Shown: positions 27,001-30,104 of the stretch, piece by piece | How positions within the stretch are numbered: the stretch's first letter is position 1 | Layout of the letters: every line of letters starts with the position of its first letter | Assembly: GCA_002269645.1 (NCBI GenBank) | Contig: NIVC01003941.1 | Span: forward strand, 1 to 30,104 | Direction: 5' to 3' | Origin: Macrostomum lignano | Lineage: Eukaryota | DNA: 30,104 nt | Translations under genes and position numbers: made by a program | Notes under the pieces: generated by a model | Seen by the model: the letters and a program-made list of their open reading frames with translations, nothing else | Told to the model about the DNA's origin: nothing | Database searches by the model: none

Positions 27001-29505
27001 CAGAGATCAGCTACAGCGGGACTCTGGCAGGAGATCAGCTACAGCGGGACTCTGGCAGAGATCAGCTACAGCGGGACTCTGGCAGAGATCAGCTACAGCG
27101 GGACTCTGGCAGGAGATCAGCTACAGCGGGACTCTGGCAGGAGATCAGCTACAGCGGGACTCTGGCAGGAGATCAGCTACAGCGGGACTCTGGCAGGAGA
27201 TCAGCTACAGCGGGACTCTGGCAGGATCAGCTACAGCGGGACTCTGGCAGGAGATCAGCTACAGCGGGACTCTGGCAGGAGATCAGCTACAGCGGGACTC
27301 TGGCAGGAGATCAGCTACAGCGGGACTCTGGCAGGAGATCAGCTACAGCGGGACTCTGGCAGGAGATCAGCTACAGCGGGACTCTGGCAGGATCAGCTAC
27401 AGCGGGACTCTGGCAGGATCAGCTACAGCGGGACTCTGGCAGAGATCAGCTACAGCGGGACTCTGGCAGGATCAGCTACAGCGGGACTCTGGCAGAGATC
27501 AGCTACAGCGGGACTCTGGCAGGAGATCAGCTACAGCGGGACTCTGGCAGGAGATCAGCTACAGCGGGACTCTGGCAGGAGATCAGCTACAGCGGGACTC
27601 TGGCAGAGATCAGCTACAGCGGGACTCTGGCAGGAGATCAGCTACAGCGGGACTCTGGCAGGAGATCAGCTACAGCGGGACTCTGGCAGGAGATCAGCTA
27701 CAGCGGGACTCTGGCAGGAGATCAGCTACAGCGGGACTCTGGCAGGAGATCAGCTACAGCGGGACTCTGGCAGGAGATCAGCTACAGCGGGACTCTGGCA
27801 GGAGATCAGCTACAGCGGGACTCTGGCAGGAGATCAGCTACAGCGGGACTCTGGCAGGAGATCAGCTACAGCGGGACTCTGGCAGAGATCAGCTACAGCG
27901 GGACTCTGGCAGGAGATCAGCTACAGCGGGACTCTGGCAGAGATCAGCTACAGCGGGACTCTGGCAGAGATCAGCTACAGCGGGACTCTGGCAGAGATCA
28001 GCTACAGCGGGACTCTGGCAGAGATCAGCTACAGCGGGACTCTGGCAGGAGATCAGCTACAGCGGGACTCTGGCAGGAGATCAGCTACAGCGGGACTCTG
28101 GCAGGAGATCAGCTACAGCGGGACTCTGGCAGGAGATCAGCTACAGCGGGACTCTGGCAGGAGATCAGCTACAGCGGGACTCTGGCAGGAGATCAGCTAC
28201 AGCGGGACTCTGGCAGGAGATCAGCTACAGCGGGACTCTGGCAGAGATCAGCTACAGCGGGACTCTGGCAGGAGATCAGCTACAGCGGGACTCTGGCAGG
28301 ATCAGCTACAGCGGGACTCTGGCAGGATCAGCTACAGCGGGACTCTGGCAGAGATCAGCTACAGCGGGACTCTGGCAGGAGATCAGCTACAGCGGGACTC
28401 TGGCAGGAGATCAGCTACAGCGGGACTCTGGCAGAAGATCAGCTACAGCGGGACTCTGGCAGGAGATCAGCTACAGCGGGACTCTGGCAGGAGATCAGCT
28501 ACAGCGGGACTCTGGCAGGTCAGCTACAGCGGGACTCTGGCAGGATCAGCTACAGCGGGACTCTGGCAGGAGATCAGCTACAGCGGGACTCTGGCAGAGA
28601 TCAGCTACAGCGGGACTCTGGCAGGAGATCAGCTACAGCGGGACTCTGGCAGGATCAGCTACAGCGGGACTCTGGCAGGAGATCAGCTACAGCGGACTCT
28701 GGCAGAGATCAGCTACAGCGGGACTCTGGCAGGNTCAGCTACAGCGGGACTCTGGCAGGAGATCAGCTACAGCGGGACTCTGGCAGGAGATCAGCTACAG
28801 CGGGACTCTGGCAGAGATCAGCTACAGCGGGACTCTGGCAGGATCAGCTACAGCGGGACTCTGGCAGAGATCAGCTACAGCGGGACTCTGGCAGGTCAGC
28901 TACAGCGGGACTCTGGCAGGGTCAGCTACAGCGGGACTCTGGCAGAGATCAGCTACAGCGGGACTCTGGCAGGAGATCAGCTACAGCGGGACTCTGGCAG
29001 GAGATCAGCTACAGCGGGACTCTGGCAGGTCAGCTACAGCGGGACTCTGGCAGGAGATCAGCTACAGCGGGACTCTGGCAGGAGATCAGCTACAGCGGGA
29101 CTCTGGCAGGAGATCAGCTACAGCGGGACTCTGGCAGGAGATCAGCTACAGCGGGACTCTGGCAGGAGATCAGCTACAGCGGGACTCTGGCAGAGATCAG
29201 CTACAGCGGGACTCTGGCAGGAGATCAGCTACAGCGGGACTCTGGCAGAGATCAGCTACAGCGGGACTCTGGCAGAAGATCAGCTACAGCGGGACTCTGG
29301 CAGGAGATCAGCTACAGCGGGACTCTGGCAGGAGATCAGCTACAGCGGGACTCTGGCAGGAGATCAGCTACAGCGGGACTCTGGCAGGAGATCAGCTACA
29401 GCGGGACTCTGGCAGAAGATCAGCTACAGCGGGACTCTGGCAGGTCAGCTACAGCGCGGACTCGGCAGGAGATCAGCTACAGCGGGACTCTGCGCAGGAA
29501 ATCAG
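28..29505 (+). repeat. Giant head-to-tail tandem array (satellite/minisatellite-like) of the 28-bp unit GGAGATCAGCTACAGCGGGACTCTGGCA, about 1,070 copies, unit lengths 25-29 bp
   Basis: Read directly from the sequence. The unit has 10 G, 7 A, 7 C and 4 T. The core TCAGCTACAGCGGGACTCTGGCAG recurs continuously from 28 to about 29490, and the last degenerate copy ends in ...GCAGGAAATCAG at 29505. All copies seen have the same orientation, with no interrupting unique sequence. Copy number is array length divided by an eyeballed mean unit of ~27.6 bp, not an exact count. Confidence 0.99.
28734..28734. other. Ambiguous base (N) inside the variable linker
   Basis: The sequence reads GGCAGGNTCAGC at 28728-28739. 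The only N seen falls exactly in the hypervariable linker. Confidence 0.95.
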
Positions 29506-30104
29506 AAATAGTAGAGTCCACTACTTTTCTGCACTCGAAATGGCATCAGTGAATGCGATATTGATTCTTATTCATAATAGACCTATACGCAAGAAACTTT
29601 TTTAAAGTACTTTTTCACCTCGTCTCAGATTTTCTGCAGGCAGCCGAAACACATTCCGTGACATTCCGTTTTCACGGGAACTGCAGATTAATGACGCCAC
29701 GCAAGTTTATATTTTTTATATGATTGCGTGACAGTCGCCTTGATACAACTTAAGCAATATGTGGTGCAGACAGAATGAAGGAAATGTTGTTTCAGATTCC
29801 CTGCTTGCTGGGTCGGTGCTGCTGTGTATTTGTTTGTTCTGTTTCGGTGCTTGATTTCAATGTGTTACTTCTCATTCAGAAGAACAATTAAGCTCTGCTT
29901 TGACCGATCAGCAAGTCGCTTGTTGTGAAGTAGAAAATTTGGGCAAAGACAGACGGAGTTCATCGGTGGGGGGTTGGCCAGTTCACAGCCCAGAAAAAGA
30001 AAAATTTACAAGCGATAGATCTCAGTTATAGTACTCTGAAAAATAAATAAATTTGAAGAGAAAAGTAATAGCAATACAGAGATCTAAAGAAAATAGTCAA
30101 ATTA
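29506..30104. other. Unique AT-rich non-coding flank (~39% GC) with no recognisable gene; resembles eukaryotic intergenic or intronic DNA
   Basis: Hand count gives about 231 G+C in 599 nt, against 61% in the array. It carries T-runs and A-runs. The ATG-started + strand ORFs I translated are under 40 codons, and the supplied ORF track lists nothing separate here. The taxonomic impression is inference only. Confidence 0.6.

Noticed and set aside
28-29505. CRISPR array (28-bp repeats)
   Set aside because: There are no unique spacers (linkers are 1-5 nt purine-rich variants) and no cas genes in the window.
1-29505. Canonical telomere at the left end
   Set aside because: The strand running 5'-3' toward the window start is the - strand, which is C-rich (10 C vs 7 G), opposite to the usual G-rich 3' strand. 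I do not recognise the motif, and it is unknown whether position 1 is a molecule end.
28-29505. Concatemer of a known sequencing adapter, barcode or GATC linker
   Set aside because: I do not recognise the unit as an ONT, PacBio or Illumina oligo (a UniVec search would settle this). Uniform orientation excludes ligation through palindromic ends.
28-29505. G-quadruplex-forming array
   Set aside because: Each unit has only one GGG tract, 28 nt apart. Only weak two-tetrad GG arrangements are possible, and nothing supports them.
11-29605. 9,864-aa ORF as a real giant protein gene
   Set aside because: It is open only because the unit has no stop in any + frame. It starts at a GTG in the corrupted leader, drifts between frames at every linker indel, shows no domain or synonymous variation, and ends at the first in-frame stop ~100 nt into the flank.
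29561-29760. Sigma70-like hexamers TTGATT (29561) with CATAAT (29573), and TTGATA (29740) with CAATAT (29755)
   Set aside because: The spacings of 6 and 9 nt are far from 16-18 nt, and such hexamers are expected in AT-rich DNA.
29759-29891. Short overlapping ORFs MWCRQNEG...CFGA (29759-29854, 31 aa) and MKEMLFQ...QKNN (29775-29891, 38 aa)
   Set aside because: They are short and unrecognisable, and their hydrophobic, Cys-rich content follows from the TG/T-rich composition.
29906-30084. Repeat-like fragments in the flank: GATCAGC (29906-29912), ACTCTG (30033-30038), CAGAGATC (30077-30084)
   Set aside because: The 6-8 nt matches are scattered and not collinear at repeat spacing. They are too weak to call decayed units or a template.

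Overview
About 98% of this window (28-29505) is one uninterrupted head-to-tail tandem array of roughly 1,070 copies (estimated from length) of the 28-bp unit GGAGATCAGCTACAGCGGGACTCTGGCA (61% GC). A ~600-bp unique, AT-rich (~39% GC), gene-free flank follows at 29506-30104. The 9,864-aa ORF is not a credible gene: the unit has no stop codon in any + frame, so any array of it reads open. I recognise no gene, RNA gene, CRISPR array or mobile element. The notable feature is where the variation sits. The 24-bp core TCAGCTACAGCGGGACTCTGGCAG is essentially invariant, while nearly all differences fall in a 1-5 nt linker (GAGA > AGA > GA > A/G, plus rare alleles). That linker overlaps a quasi-palindrome and a GATC site, and its alleles occur in runs. 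Three explanations remain open: (i) a young genomic satellite/minisatellite with a slippage hotspot; (ii) reiterative copying of a short linear template with imprecise re-alignment (telomerase-like or reverse-transcriptase concatemer); (iii) a long-read or amplification artefact. No enzyme or template locus is present in the window, so no new system can be claimed from this sequence alone.
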